Source: Flavobacterium sp. UBA7663 (GTDB lineage: Bacteria > Bacteroidota > Bacteroidia > Flavobacteriales > Flavobacteriaceae). Taken from it: a stretch of DNA of 64,000 nucleotides. This document shows positions 21,368 through 31,424 of the stretch, one piece after another. Location of the stretch: positions 1,756 to 65,755 of the forward strand of contig NZ_DLHR01000001.1 in assembly GCF_002483315.1 (NCBI RefSeq), written 5' to 3'. The notes beneath the pieces were generated by a model. It had not been told where the DNA came from. It made no database searches and was given only the letters and a program-made list of their open reading frames with translations. Both the position numbers and the translations under genes were made by a program. How positions within the stretch are numbered: the stretch's first letter is position 1; the number at the start of each line of letters is the position of its first letter.

Positions 21368-21868
21368 ATGAATGACGCACATTTACACATGGTTTTCAAC
21401 CATTTTCCTATTATTGGATTATTCTTTGGAATAGGAATTTTAGCATTCGGAATCATCAAAAAACAAACAATTTTGATCAACACAGCTTATGTCATTTTTA
21501 TATTTTGCATGATTATGGCAAAAGCAACTATGATGACAGGAGAAGGAGCAGAAGAAATTGTTGAAGAATTAGGTGTTTCACACGAAATCATTCATGAACA
21601 TGAAGAAATTGCAGAAACCTTCATGAAAGTACTTTATGTTATAGGAATTCTTTCCATTTTAGGCCTAGTTGCCAATTTTAAAAAACATGCAAAAGCACCA
21701 ATTGTTTCTTATGTTGTTTTAGTTTTAGCAATTGGTGCTGCAGTTTTGTCTAAGTCAGTAGGAACTTCAGGTGGCGAAATACGTCATACCGAAATCAGAG
21801 AAAATGCCAATATTAACAATGCTTCAACTGAAAGTAATGAAGAAGGATTGGATAATGATGATCACTAA
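21368..21868 (+). CDS. 4-TM membrane protein with His/Glu-rich loops
   Basis: HLHMVFNHFP N-terminus, an HEIIHEHEE loop and an acidic C-terminal tail. Last gene of the efflux operon. Confidence 0.5.
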   Translation: MNDAHLHMVFNHFPIIGLFFGIGILAFGIIKKQTILINTAYVIFIFCMIMAKATMMTGEGAEEIVEELGVSHEIIHEHEEIAETFMKVLYVIGILSILGLVANFKKHAKAPIVSYVVLVLAIGAAVLSKSVGTSGGEIRHTEIRENANINNASTESNEEGLDNDDH

Positions 21869-21893
21869 ACAAAATATAATTTTTTAAAAAGTT

Positions 21894-21925
21894 TTGTTTA
21901 TTCGAAAATTAAGTCGTTACATTTG
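21894..21925 (+). promoter_or_regulatory. candidate Bacteroidota sigma-A promoter of the his operon
   Basis: TTTG (21894-21897), a 20-nt spacer, then TACATTTG (21918-21925). This matches the TTTG / TAnnTTTG consensus and lies ~23 nt upstream of the leader ATG. Confidence 0.5.
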
Positions 21926-21947
21926 CATTGTTAAAATAACAGAAATT

Positions 21948-22001
21948 ATGTTTTTAAATCAATTACATCATCATCATCATACCTCCGCTCAAGCGAAGTA
22001 G
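21948..22001 (+). CDS. hisL: his operon leader peptide MFLNQLHHHHHTSAQAK
   Basis: 17-codon ORF with five consecutive CAT His codons (21966-21980). It lies between the promoter and a terminator hairpin, directly upstream of hisG. Confidence 0.75.
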   Translation: MFLNQLHHHHHTSAQAK

Positions 22002-22035
22002 TGATGCTATGTAATTATACCATATAAACTATTAA

Positions 22036-22064
22036 CCCGTTTGAGTGCATCAAGCGGGTTTTTT
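22036..22064 (+). terminator. his attenuator (rho-independent terminator)
   Basis: Stem CCCGTTTGA (22036-22044) / TCAAGCGGG (22050-22058) with one G-U pair, loop GTGCA, then T6. The leader segment GCTCAAGCG (21987-21995) duplicates the 3' arm and can pair with the 5' arm instead. Confidence 0.75.
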
Positions 22065-22121
22065 GTTGTTAAGCATTTTTTACAAATCCCTTGGTGTACT
22101 TTTTTAAAACAAAAATTAAAA

Positions 22122-22979
22122 ATGAACACATTAAAAATTGCTATTCAAAAATCAGGTCGCCTTCACGATGAAAGTATTCAAATCTTAAAAGATTGTGGAA
22201 TTTCTGTATATAATGGAAACGATCAACTCAAAGTTACTGCTTCCAATTTTCCATTAGAAGTCTATTATTTACGAAATTCTGATATTCCTCAATATTTGAT
22301 TGATGGCGTTGTTGATATTGCCATTGTTGGTGATAACTTATTGGTAGAAAAAGGGCAAAACATTCAAATTGCAGAGAAATTAGGTTTTTCCAAATGTAAA
22401 GTTTCGGTAGCGGTTCCAAAGAATTTCAACTACAATTCTATTCAAGATTTAAACGGATTACGTGTTGCCACTTCATATCCAAAAACGGTTGTGGATTACT
22501 TTTCTTCGAAAGGAATTTCTGTAGACATTCACCAAATCTCAGGTTCGGTTGAAATTGCCCCAAACATCGGACTTTCAGATGCGATTGTAGATATCGTTTC
22601 TAGTGGAAGTACTTTGTTTAAAAACGGTTTAAAAGAAGTGGAAGTGATCTTAAAAAGTGAAGCCGTTTTAGCGGTTTCACCTCAAATTTCTAATGAAGCA
22701 ACGCAACTATTAGCCAAGTTACAATTCCGAATTCAATCCGTTCTACGTTCTAGAAAATCAAAATATATTTTAATGAATGTTCCCAATGAAAAAATCGTTG
22801 ATATCAGCAAAATTCTTCCTGTTTTAAAAAGCCCAACCGTTATGCCATTAGCCGAAGAGGGATGGAGTAGTGTGCATTCTGTAATTGACGAAGATAAATT
22901 TTGGGAAGTCATTGACCAACTTAGAGAAGCTGGAGCTGAAGGTATTTTGGTTTGCCCAATTGAGAAAATGGTCCTTTAA
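22122..22979 (+). CDS. hisG: ATP phosphoribosyltransferase, long form
   Basis: 285 aa from the ATG at 22122 (MNTLKIAIQKSGRL...). The tracked TTG start at 22041 lies inside the attenuator hairpin. Confidence 0.9.
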   Translation: MNTLKIAIQKSGRLHDESIQILKDCGISVYNGNDQLKVTASNFPLEVYYLRNSDIPQYLIDGVVDIAIVGDNLLVEKGQNIQIAEKLGFSKCKVSVAVPKNFNYNSIQDLNGLRVATSYPKTVVDYFSSKGISVDIHQISGSVEIAPNIGLSDAIVDIVSSGSTLFKNGLKEVEVILKSEAVLAVSPQISNEATQLLAKLQFRIQSVLRSRKSKYILMNVPNEKIVDISKILPVLKSPTVMPLAEEGWSSVHSVIDEDKFWEVIDQLREAGAEGILVCPIEKMVL

Positions 22980-23014
22980 AAGAAAAAAGAGAATAGAATT
23001 AAGAATATAGACTT

Positions 23015-24289
23015 ATGAAAAAAATATATAACCCACAACCCGAAACTTGGTCAGAAATTTGCAAAAGACCAACCCAAACGTTCTCTGATGTAGAAGAAAC
23101 GGTTAAGCAAATCTTTAAAGAAGTACAACAAAAAGGCGACAAAGCCATAGCAAAATATGCATCTTTCTTTGATGGCGTGACTTTGGAGAACATTCAAGTG
23201 ACTTCAGAAGAAATTGAAACCGCAAAAAATGAAGTTTCTGATCAACTAAAAGAAGCAATTCAATTAGCCAAATCAAACATTGAACAATTTCATTCAGCCC
23301 AAAAAACGGATAAAATAGTTGTTGAAACTACCATCGGAGTTACCTGTTGGCAAGAAAAAAGACCGATTCAAAAAGTTGGTTTATACATTCCAGGCGGAAC
23401 AGCTCCGTTATTTTCAACGGTTTTAATGTTGGCCGTTCCAGCTAAATTAGCAGGTTGTCAAGAAATTGTTTTGTGTTCGCCATCGGATAAAAATGGAAAA
23501 ATAAATTCTGCAATTCTATATGCTGCTGATTTGTGTGGTGTAACTAAAATCTATAAAGTAGGTGGAATTCAAGCTATTGCTGGTATGACTTTTGGAACAG
23601 AAACGATTCCGCAAGTATATAAAATCTTCGGACCTGGTAATCAATTTGTAACAATTGCGAAACAATTTGCTTCTCAAAACGGTGTGGCTATTGATATGCC
23701 TGCAGGTCCAAGTGAATTACTAGTATATGCAGATGAAACCGCAATTCCAAGTTTCATAGCTTCTGATTTGCTAAGTCAAGCCGAACACGGAAAAGATAGC
23801 CAAGTGATTTTGGTTACTACGAATAAAAACATTTTAAACGATGTAGAAGAAGAAGTGTACAAACAATTAAAAGAACTGCCAAGACAAGAAATCGCTCAAG
23901 TAGCAATTAATAATTCCAAATTAATCTTCGTTGAAACCGAAAAAACTGCTTTATCGTTTATTAATGAGTACGGCCCAGAGCATTTTATTGTATGTTCTAA
24001 GAATGAAGATTATTTCGTTGACGGCATTCAAAACGCAGGTTCGATTTTCATTGGAAACTATACTCCAGAAAGCGCTGGTGATTATGCTTCTGGAACTAAC
24101 CATACGCTGCCAACAAATGGTTATTCCAAAAGTTATAGTGGTGTAAATTTAGATAGTTTCTTAAAAGCGATGACCTTTCAAAAAATATCAAATGAAGGTA
24201 TTCAAAACATCGGAAAAGCAATTGAAACAATGGCGGAAGCCGAAGGTTTACAAGCACACAAAAATGCAGTTACATTAAGATTAAAATAA
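23015..24289 (+). CDS. hisD: histidinol dehydrogenase
   Basis: 424 aa with conserved SQAEHG and GDYASGTNHTLPT motifs. Confidence 0.95.
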   Translation: MKKIYNPQPETWSEICKRPTQTFSDVEETVKQIFKEVQQKGDKAIAKYASFFDGVTLENIQVTSEEIETAKNEVSDQLKEAIQLAKSNIEQFHSAQKTDKIVVETTIGVTCWQEKRPIQKVGLYIPGGTAPLFSTVLMLAVPAKLAGCQEIVLCSPSDKNGKINSAILYAADLCGVTKIYKVGGIQAIAGMTFGTETIPQVYKIFGPGNQFVTIAKQFASQNGVAIDMPAGPSELLVYADETAIPSFIASDLLSQAEHGKDSQVILVTTNKNILNDVEEEVYKQLKELPRQEIAQVAINNSKLIFVETEKTALSFINEYGPEHFIVCSKNEDYFVDGIQNAGSIFIGNYTPESAGDYASGTNHTLPTNGYSKSYSGVNLDSFLKAMTFQKISNEGIQNIGKAIETMAEAEGLQAHKNAVTLRLK

Positions 24290-24294
24290 GAGCT

Positions 24295-25335
24295 ATGAAT
24301 TTAGAAAACCTAGTCCGAGAAAACGTAAAAAAACTGAGTCCCTATTCCTCAGCGCGCGACGAATTTGAACAGTTTACCAAACCAATGATTTATTTAGACG
24401 CTAATGAAAATCCATTTTCAAACGGAATAAATCGTTATCCTGATCCACAACAAAAAGACTTGAAAGCTGCAATTGCTGATAAAAAAGATATTTATGTGGA
24501 AAATATTTTATTAGGAAATGGTAGTGATGAAGTGTTAGATTTGATTTTCAGAGCGTTTTGTGAACCAAATCAAGATAACATCATCACATTGCCGCCAACG
24601 TATGGAATGTATGGTGTTTTAGCCAATATCAATGCAATTGAAAACCGTGAAGTGTTGCTAAATGAAGAATTTCAGCCGAATGTTGATGCTATTTTGAATA
24701 CTGTGGATAAGAATACAAAAATCATTTTTTTGTGTTCGCCCAATAATCCAACTGGAAATTCATTTGCTGACGAAACTATCATCAAAATTTTGAATAATTT
24801 CAAGGGTTTAGTTGTTCTAGATGAAGCATATATTGATTTTTCTGCTAACAAAAGTTGGTTGGATGAATTGAAAGATTTTCCAAATTTAATCATTACTCAA
24901 ACCTTATCAAAAGCTTATGCTATGGCAGGTTTACGAATTGGAATTTTGTACGCTTCAAAGCCTATTATTGCAGTACTAAACAAAATAAAGCCACCATATA
25001 ATGTAAATATTCTTTCACAAGAAACTGCTGAAAAAAAATTATTGCAAAGCACGCTGAAAGCACAAGTAAGAAAAATTTTGGTAGAAAAAGAAAAACTCAT
25101 AGTTGCTTTAAAATCAACTAAATTTATAGAAAAAATATTTCCTTCCGATGCTAATTTTATTTTGATTAAAGTAGATGATGCAAATTATCGCTATCAACAA
25201 TTTTTAGATAATGGAGTAGTGGTTCGCAACAGAAGTAATCAACCTTTATGTGAAAATTGTTTGCGTATTACGATTGGAAATAAAGAAGAAAACGAACGAG
25301 TAATTGAACTATTAAAATCTTTCAACAATGCCTAA
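24295..25335 (+). CDS. hisC: histidinol-phosphate aminotransferase
   Basis: Class-II aminotransferase with PLP lysine context [14 protein letters not shown]. Confidence 0.9.
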   Translation: MNLENLVRENVKKLSPYSSARDEFEQFTKPMIYLDANENPFSNGINRYPDPQQKDLKAAIADKKDIYVENILLGNGSDEVLDLIFRAFCEPNQDNIITLPPTYGMYGVLANINAIENREVLLNEEFQPNVDAILNTVDKNTKIIFLCSPNNPTGNSFADETIIKILNNFKGLVVLDEAYIDFSANKSWLDELKDFPNLIITQTLSKAYAMAGLRIGILYASKPIIAVLNKIKPPYNVNILSQETAEKKLLQSTLKAQVRKILVEKEKLIVALKSTKFIEKIFPSDANFILIKVDDANYRYQQFLDNGVVVRNRSNQPLCENCLRITIGNKEENERVIELLKSFNNA

Positions 25336-26464
25336 AAAAGTATTATTCATCGACCGCGATGGAACAATTATAAAAGAAACTATCGACGAACAAATTGATG
25401 GTTTTGATAAAATGATTTTTTACCCAAAATGCCTTTCCTTCTTGAGTAAAATTGCCAATGAATTAGATTATGAATTGGTGATGATTACTAATCAAGATGG
25501 TTTAGGGACTGAAAAATTTCCCGAAGAAACGTTTTGGCCAGTTCACAATTTTATCATGAAAACCTTTGAAAATGAAGGTGTCATTTTTGAAAAAGTTTTT
25601 ATAGATAAATCATTTCCAAGTGAAAATAAAAATACCAGAAAACCGGGAACAGGTTTGTTAACTTCTTATTTTTCTAATGAATATGATTTACAAAATTCAT
25701 TTGTAATTGGCGATCGACTTACCGATGTGGAATTGGCTAAAAATTTAGGTTCAAAAGCTATTTTTATAAACGATGAAACCCATTTAGGGACCACTGAAAT
25801 ATCTGTCAAACAAGAAGAATTACAATCAATAATTGCTCTGGAAACAAACGATTGGCAACAGATTTATGAGTTTTTGAAACTAAAAAACAGAACCGCTTCC
25901 ATTTCCCGAAAAACCAATGAAACAGCTATTGACATCACTTTAAATTTAGACGGAACTGGAAAAAGTAACATCAATACCGGAATTTCTTTTTTCGATCACA
26001 TGTTAGATCAAATTGCGCGTCACGGACAAATGGATTTAGATATCCAAGTCAAAGGCGATTTAGAAGTCGATGAGCACCACACAATAGAAGACACTGCGAT
26101 TGCTTTAGGAGAAGTTTTTGCAAAAGCGTTAGGCAACAAACTAGGCATCGAACGTTACGGATTTTGTTTACCAATGGATGATTGTTTGGCTCAAGTAACA
26201 ATCGATTTTGGTGGAAGAAACTGGTTAGTTTGGGAAGCTGAATTCAAACGTGAAATGATTGGTCAAATGCCTACTGAAATGTTTTTTCACTTCTTCAAAT
26301 CATTCACAGATGGTGCCAAAGCTAATCTTAATATCAAAGCAGAAGGCACAAATGAACACCATAAAATCGAAGCCATTTTCAAAGCTTTCGCCAAAGCCAT
26401 AAAAGCTGCTGTAAAACGTGATGCAGAAAAAATGATTTTACCAAGTACAAAAGGAATGTTGTAA
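25328..26464 (+). CDS. hisB: bifunctional histidinol-phosphatase / imidazoleglycerol-phosphate dehydratase
   Basis: N-terminal HAD motif FIDRDGT plus C-terminal IGPD motifs ([22 protein letters not shown]). Confidence 0.95.
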   Translation: MPKKVLFIDRDGTIIKETIDEQIDGFDKMIFYPKCLSFLSKIANELDYELVMITNQDGLGTEKFPEETFWPVHNFIMKTFENEGVIFEKVFIDKSFPSENKNTRKPGTGLLTSYFSNEYDLQNSFVIGDRLTDVELAKNLGSKAIFINDETHLGTTEISVKQEELQSIIALETNDWQQIYEFLKLKNRTASISRKTNETAIDITLNLDGTGKSNINTGISFFDHMLDQIARHGQMDLDIQVKGDLEVDEHHTIEDTAIALGEVFAKALGNKLGIERYGFCLPMDDCLAQVTIDFGGRNWLVWEAEFKREMIGQMPTEMFFHFFKSFTDGAKANLNIKAEGTNEHHKIEAIFKAFAKAIKAAVKRDAEKMILPSTKGML

Positions 26465-27045
26465 TGAAAATAGCTATAATTGATTACGGTGCCGGAAATG
26501 TGCAAAGTGTTTTATTCGCTTTGGAACGACTTGGTTTTGAAGGAACTGTCACCAACGATTGGAACACTATAAAATCCGCTGAAAAAGTTGTTTTTCCTGG
26601 TGTAGGTGAGGCGAGTAGTGCAATGAAAATGTTGCAAGAAAGTGGTTTAGATGTTTTGATTCCAACCTTAAAACAACCGGTTTTAGGAATTTGTTTGGGC
26701 ATGCAATTGATGTGTAAACATTCGGAAGAAGGTAACACGAATGGATTAGGAATTTTTAATGTCAATGTTGTCAAATTTTCAAACGAGGTTAAAGTGCCTC
26801 AAATGGGTTGGAATACGATTTACAATCTGCAATCGCCATTGTTTGAAGGAATTAAAGAAAACGAATTCATGTATTTGGTGCACAGTTTTTATGCACCACT
26901 GTCTGAAAACACTATTGCTACAACAAATTACCAACAAGAATATAGCACAGCATTACAACGTGATAATTTCTTTGGAGCACAATTCCACCCAGAGAAAAGC
27001 GGAACATTCGGAGCACAAATTTTGAAAAACTTTTTAAACCTTTAA
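26464..27045 (+). CDS. hisH: imidazole glycerol phosphate synthase, glutamine amidotransferase subunit
   Basis: Class-I GATase with GICLGMQ catalytic Cys and the FHPEKS motif. Confidence 0.95.
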   Translation: MKIAIIDYGAGNVQSVLFALERLGFEGTVTNDWNTIKSAEKVVFPGVGEASSAMKMLQESGLDVLIPTLKQPVLGICLGMQLMCKHSEEGNTNGLGIFNVNVVKFSNEVKVPQMGWNTIYNLQSPLFEGIKENEFMYLVHSFYAPLSENTIATTNYQQEYSTALQRDNFFGAQFHPEKSGTFGAQILKNFLNL

Positions 27046-27056
27046 TTTTAAAAATA

Positions 27057-27121
27057 GGAACACAGATTTAAGAAATAAGAAAAATTTTAATAATTTCTTC
27101 AATTTTAACTATCTGTGTTCC
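27057..27121. repeat. intergenic imperfect palindrome (hisH-hisA spacer)
   Basis: GGAACACAGAT (27057-27067) pairs with ATCTGTGTTCC (27111-27121). The inner AAGAAAT/ATTTCTT also pair. Confidence 0.7.
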
Positions 27122-27134
27122 AAAAAAATGTAAA

Positions 27135-27857
27135 ATGAGAATAATCCCAGCCATAGACATCATCGACGGAAAATGTGTCCGACTTTCCAAAGGAGATTAC
27201 GATACGAAGAAAATATACAATGAAAACCCATTAGAAGTAGCCAAATCATTTGAAGCACATGGAATTCAGTATTTGCATTTAGTCGATTTAGATGGAGCAA
27301 AATCAAGCCAAATTGTGAATTATAAAGTATTGGAACAAATTGCTTCCAAAACGAGTTTAAAAATCGACTTTGGTGGTGGTTTGAAATCAGATGCGGATTT
27401 GAAAATTGCTTTTGAAAGTGGTACCAATCAAATCACAGGAGGAAGTATTGCCATCAAAAAACCAGAAGTTTTTAAGAGTTGGATTCAGCGATACGGGGCA
27501 GATAAAATCATTTTAGGAGCCGATGCAATGAATGAAAAAGTGGCTATTTCAGGGTGGTTAGAAGAATCAAAAGAAGAAGTTATTCCTTTTATTCAAGGTT
27601 ATCAAAAGGAAGGAATCCAATATGTAATTTGTACTGATATATCTAAAGACGGTATGTTAGAAGGCCCAAGTTTTGAATTGTATCAAAGAATTTTAGAACA
27701 AACCCAAGGTTTAAAACTAATCGCTTCTGGAGGTATTTCCTCTTTCGATGAATTACCAAAATTAGCTGAATTAGGATGTGAAGGAACTATTATTGGAAAA
27801 GCCATTTATGAAGGTAGAATTACTTTGAAGCAATTGGAAAACTACATTTTGTCTTAA
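27135..27857 (+). CDS. hisA: 1-(5-phosphoribosyl)-5-[(5-phosphoribosylamino)methylideneamino]imidazole-4-carboxamide isomerase
   Basis: 240 aa; [16 protein letters not shown]-terminus and (beta/alpha)8 HisA motifs. Confidence 0.95.
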   Translation: MRIIPAIDIIDGKCVRLSKGDYDTKKIYNENPLEVAKSFEAHGIQYLHLVDLDGAKSSQIVNYKVLEQIASKTSLKIDFGGGLKSDADLKIAFESGTNQITGGSIAIKKPEVFKSWIQRYGADKIILGADAMNEKVAISGWLEESKEEVIPFIQGYQKEGIQYVICTDISKDGMLEGPSFELYQRILEQTQGLKLIASGGISSFDELPKLAELGCEGTIIGKAIYEGRITLKQLENYILS

Positions 27858-27885
27858 TACTTAATACTCAAATCTTAATACTACA

Positions 27886-28641
27886 ATGCTTACAAAAAGA
27901 ATTATTCCCTGCTTAGATATCAAAAACGGAAGGACCGTGAAAGGTGTTAATTTTGTGGATTTAAAAGATGCTGGTGATCCAGTAGAACTGGCAAAAAAAT
28001 ACGCTGAAACCGGTGCAGACGAACTAGTTTTCCTTGATATTTCAGCCACAGAAGAACGTCGCGCGACATTAATCGACTTGGTTCGAAAAGTTGCTGCTGC
28101 GATAAATATTCCGTTTACTGTTGGTGGTGGGATTTCATCTGTTGCTGATGTTGATGTTTTGCTTCGCAATGGTGCGGATAAAATTTCGATTAACTCTTCA
28201 GCCTTTAAAAATCCTGATTTGATAAACGAAATTGCTGCAAAATATGGAAGTCAGTGTATAGTAGTTGCCATTGATGCCAAACAAATCGATGGTGATTGGA
28301 TAGTTCATTTAGTTGGTGGAAAAGTTCCAACGGAATTAAATTTATTCAATTGGGCAAAAGAAGTGGAACAACGTGGTGCTGGAGAAATTCTATTCACTTC
28401 TATGAGTAATGACGGAACCAAAAACGGATTTGCCAATGAAGCCTTAGCCCAATTATCCGAAATCGTAAACATTCCAATCATCGCTTCTGGTGGCGCTGGA
28501 ACTATGGAACACTTTGCTGATACATTTATCAATGGAAAAGCTGATGCCGCTTTAGCAGCTAGTGTTTTTCACTACCAAGAAATCGAAATTCCAGAATTAA
28601 AACAGTTTTTAAAGAATCAAAATATTGCAATTAGATTGTAA
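27886..28641 (+). CDS. hisF: imidazole glycerol phosphate synthase, cyclase subunit
   Basis: 251 aa; [16 protein letters not shown] and GADKISINS motifs. Confidence 0.95.
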   Translation: MLTKRIIPCLDIKNGRTVKGVNFVDLKDAGDPVELAKKYAETGADELVFLDISATEERRATLIDLVRKVAAAINIPFTVGGGISSVADVDVLLRNGADKISINSSAFKNPDLINEIAAKYGSQCIVVAIDAKQIDGDWIVHLVGGKVPTELNLFNWAKEVEQRGAGEILFTSMSNDGTKNGFANEALAQLSEIVNIPIIASGGAGTMEHFADTFINGKADAALAASVFHYQEIEIPELKQFLKNQNIAIRL

Positions 28642-28645
28642 AATT

Positions 28646-28695
28646 AAACACATAGACACATAGAAATATTTAAAAAACTATGTGACTATGTGTTT
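28646..28695. repeat. 'CACATAG' palindromic intergenic repeat (hisF-hisIE spacer)
   Basis: AAACACATAGACACATAG (28646-28663) pairs with CTATGTGACTATGTGTTT (28678-28695). 18-bp stem with one mismatch. Confidence 0.8.
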
Positions 28696-28709
28696 CAAAA
28701 TCAATAACC

Positions 28710-29309
28710 ATGAAAGTAAACTTCAACAAAACCCCAGATAACCTTATCCCAGCCATCATTCAAGACAGCGAAACCAAAAATGTTTTAATGTTAGGCTATA
28801 TGAATCAAGTAGCTCTTGACCAAACATTGGCAACTAATAAAGTAACTTTTTTCAGTCGTACGAAAAACCGATTATGGACAAAAGGCGAGGAGAGTGGTAA
28901 CTTCTTAGAATTAATTTCTATTAAAGAAGATTGTGATAACGATACACTTTTAGTGAAAGTAAAACCAGCAGGCCCAACTTGTCATACAGGTTTAGATACA
29001 TGTTGGCAAGAATCTAATAATCAGGAATTTGGGTATTTATCAAAATTAGAAAATACTATTGCAAAACGTAAAGAAAATGCTGATGCGGAAAAGAGTTATG
29101 TTGCCTCATTATTTGCAAAAGGCATTAACAAAATTGCTCAAAAAGTAGGTGAAGAAGCCGTTGAAGTAGTTATTGAAGCCAAAGACAACAACGACGATTT
29201 GTTCTTATCCGAAAGTGCCGATTTATTGTTTCACTACTTAATTTTATTGCAAGCGAAAGGTTTTCAGTTGCAAGATGTAGTGGAAGTTTTGAAAGGAAGA
29301 GAGAAGTAA
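28710..29309 (+). CDS. hisI: bifunctional phosphoribosyl-AMP cyclohydrolase / phosphoribosyl-ATP pyrophosphatase
   Basis: 199 aa; N-terminal HisI (GPTCHTG, with the cysteine metal site) and C-terminal HisE domains. Confidence 0.95.
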   Translation: MKVNFNKTPDNLIPAIIQDSETKNVLMLGYMNQVALDQTLATNKVTFFSRTKNRLWTKGEESGNFLELISIKEDCDNDTLLVKVKPAGPTCHTGLDTCWQESNNQEFGYLSKLENTIAKRKENADAEKSYVASLFAKGINKIAQKVGEEAVEVVIEAKDNNDDLFLSESADLLFHYLILLQAKGFQLQDVVEVLKGREK

Positions 29310-29314
29310 GGTTC

Positions 29315-29731
29315 TTATAGTTTGGTTAAAAGCCAAATTCCTTGAGATGTGTTTTCAAAAGTACCAAATTCATCTGTTATTGTTTCAATAATAAACCAAT
29401 TTCCATAGATTGAATTATTTTGCTCATCAACAATACCTTCGTGTTCAATTTCTAAAGAACCGCTTTCATAATTGATTGTAGTTGAATGTTCAACGATGAT
29501 AGGTCTTTTCGGATATTTTTTGACAAAAGAAATAAAACCATCTTCAATAAATCCTTTTATTGTTGCTTCTAATTTTACAGAAAAAACAGAACCATCTTCT
29601 ACAATTTCTCCCGTAAAAGAACCATTTACATCAGTTATGGAAGCTTTAATATGTACACGTTGTCCAAAATAGGGTAAATCATAACCACTACCATATTCAT
29701 AAAAACCTTGCCAATTGCCCGTTAGATTCAT
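29315..29731 (-). CDS. hypothetical beta-rich protein
   Basis: 138-aa ORF with no recognisable motifs. Confidence 0.4.
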   Translation of the reverse strand: MNLTGNWQGFYEYGSGYDLPYFGQRVHIKASITDVNGSFTGEIVEDGSVFSVKLEATIKGFIEDGFISFVKKYPKRPIIVEHSTTINYESGSLEIEHEGIVDEQNNSIYGNWFIIETITDEFGTFENTSQGIWLLTKL

Positions 29732-29823
29732 TATATTTTTATTTTAGCTCTCACAAAAAATACAGTACCTCAAATATATCCAAATTTCTCCAAAAATTCT
29801 TACCTTTAAAATAAAAATTCAAG

Positions 29824-30213
29824 ATGCGATTCCATACAAGAAAATGGGTTAAACCCGAAGATTTGAATGCCAACGGAACGTTATTCGGTGGTAAATTATT
29901 GGCTTGGATAGATGAAGAAGCTGCTTTGTATTCGATTGTGCAATTGGAAAACCCTAAAGTGGTAACCAAGTTTATGAGTGAAATTAATTTCATGAGCGCC
30001 GCCAAACAAGGCGATATTGTGGAAATTGGTTTAGATGTGGCGCAATTTGGAAAATCATCGTTAGTATTGAAATGTGAAGTTCGTAATATGATGACACGTG
30101 AAAAAATCATCACGATTGATAACATTACGATGGTGAATTTAGATGAAAATGGAAAACCAAAACCACATGGTAAAACCCAAATCGAATTTATAGAAGACCG
30201 TTTAAAAAAATAA
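29824..30213 (+). CDS. acyl-CoA thioesterase (hotdog fold, YciA-like)
   Basis: PEDLNANGTLFGGKLLAWIDEEAALY is the typical hotdog thioesterase N-terminal motif. Confidence 0.8.
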   Translation: MRFHTRKWVKPEDLNANGTLFGGKLLAWIDEEAALYSIVQLENPKVVTKFMSEINFMSAAKQGDIVEIGLDVAQFGKSSLVLKCEVRNMMTREKIITIDNITMVNLDENGKPKPHGKTQIEFIEDRLKK

Positions 30214-30223
30214 TTGTTTCTAA

Positions 30224-30272
30224 AAACACATAGTCACATAGATTAAAATAAAACTATTGTGTCTATGTGTTT
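30224..30272. repeat. 'CACATAG' palindromic intergenic repeat
   Basis: AAACACATAGTCACATAG (30224-30241) pairs imperfectly with CTATTGTGTCTATGTGTTT (30254-30272). Same family as 28646-28695. Confidence 0.75.
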
Positions 30273-30286
30273 AAACCTAAAAAAAT

Positions 30287-30952
30287 ATGCTGCAAAAATC
30301 AACCTTAGAATTTTTAACAAAACTTAAAGAAAACAACGACCGCGATTGGTTTGCGGCTAATAAAAAAGCCTTTGAAACCGAACAAAAGCTAGCCAAAACA
30401 TTTTTTATATCGTTAGGCGAGCAGTTGGGAAAAATAGATAGTATTGAACGCATTCAAATTTTTAGAATTTATCGCGATGTGCGGTTTTCAAAAGATAAAG
30501 CACCTTATAAAAATCATTTCAGCGTTGGGTTTACCCGAAACAAACCCATGCTTCGTGGTGGCTACTATTTGCATATTGAACCTGGAGGAAGTTTTGTAGG
30601 TGGCGGTTTTTGGGAACCAAATGCTGCGGATTTGAATCGTATTCGTAAAGAATTTGAAATGGATGATGAAGAAATCAGAGCGATTATTGCTGATGAAACA
30701 TTCAAGAAGTTTTTTGGAGAGTTAAAAGGCGAGGAGTTAAAAACAGCTCCAAAAGGTTTCGATAAAACGCATCCAGCGATTGATTTGATTCGTAAAAAGC
30801 AATATTTACTCACTCGAAGTTTTTCGGACAAAGAAGTGTTGGCTCCTAATTTTCAAGAAGAAGTTTTAGTTACTTTTCAAGCCATGCGACCTTTCTTCGA
30901 TTATATGAGCGAAGTATTAAGCACCGATTTGAATGGAGAATCGATTTATTAA
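30287..30952 (+). CDS. DUF2461 (TIGR02453) family protein
   Basis: N-terminal LEFLTKLKENNDRDWFAANKKAFE and RIYRDVRFSKDKAPYK motifs. Confidence 0.75.
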   Translation: MLQKSTLEFLTKLKENNDRDWFAANKKAFETEQKLAKTFFISLGEQLGKIDSIERIQIFRIYRDVRFSKDKAPYKNHFSVGFTRNKPMLRGGYYLHIEPGGSFVGGGFWEPNAADLNRIRKEFEMDDEEIRAIIADETFKKFFGELKGEELKTAPKGFDKTHPAIDLIRKKQYLLTRSFSDKEVLAPNFQEEVLVTFQAMRPFFDYMSEVLSTDLNGESIY

Positions 30953-31335
30953 ATAATCTGAATTTGACTTTTTAAGCGTTCAATTAGTAAATTCATCATT
31001 CTTTTGTTTAAGTTAGATGAATTTTGAATGTATTCTTTGTATTCCGAAACGGTAAACATTCCGAAAACAATTCCTTTTAATGAATTTCGGAACTTGATAT
31101 CGCGCTGGATAGCATTTTCAATATAATTTTCTTTCTTTTCGGGAGAAAGAGTGAAATAAACGCTTTTTTGTTTGACAGCATAATTTCTAAAAACTTCAAT
31201 AAACAATTCATTTTGGAATTTCAAAATAGGTCGCAATGTCTGATTTTGAAACTTTTCTTCGGAACTCGATTGATCAGTAATCGTGCCAATACTTGCTCCT
31301 CTAATTTCTAAAAGCGATTCGTCTTTCGTTTTCAT
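30949..31335 (-). CDS. hypothetical protein
   Basis: 128-aa ORF convergent with the DUF2461 gene. Confidence 0.45.
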   Translation of the reverse strand: MKTKDESLLEIRGASIGTITDQSSSEEKFQNQTLRPILKFQNELFIEVFRNYAVKQKSVYFTLSPEKKENYIENAIQRDIKFRNSLKGIVFGMFTVSEYKEYIQNSSNLNKRMMNLLIERLKSQIQII

Positions 31336-31363
31336 AATAAAGTGAATTAGTTTGTATTAAAGT

Positions 31364-31401
31364 TAAAAAAAATAACCTCCAATTTCTTGAAGGTTATTTT
31401 A
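31364..31401 (-). terminator. rho-independent terminator after the OmpA-like gene
   Basis: AATAACCTCC (31371-31380) pairs with GAAGGTTATT (31389-31398). A T8 run follows on the minus strand. Confidence 0.7.
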
Positions 31402-31424
31402 AGTTATTAAGAATCAGTTGTTAA

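Noticed and set aside
21966-21980. The run of five CAT codons as a cloning-derived His-tag or vector contamination
   Set aside because: There are only five codons. They are embedded in a native-looking leader ORF with its own promoter box and attenuator, directly upstream of hisG, and no vector-like flanks are present.
22041-22121. Upstream extensions of tracked ORFs: hisG from the TTG at 22041, and likewise 1170 for the permease and 6855 for the membrane protein
   Set aside because: The extensions run through a terminator hairpin or a divergent promoter region and start at non-ATG codons. Internal ATGs give canonical N-termini.
27861-28169. 102-aa minus-strand ORF overlapping the start of hisF
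   Set aside because: It is antisense to a highly conserved hisF sequence, and its Ser/Ala/Thr-rich translation has no features.
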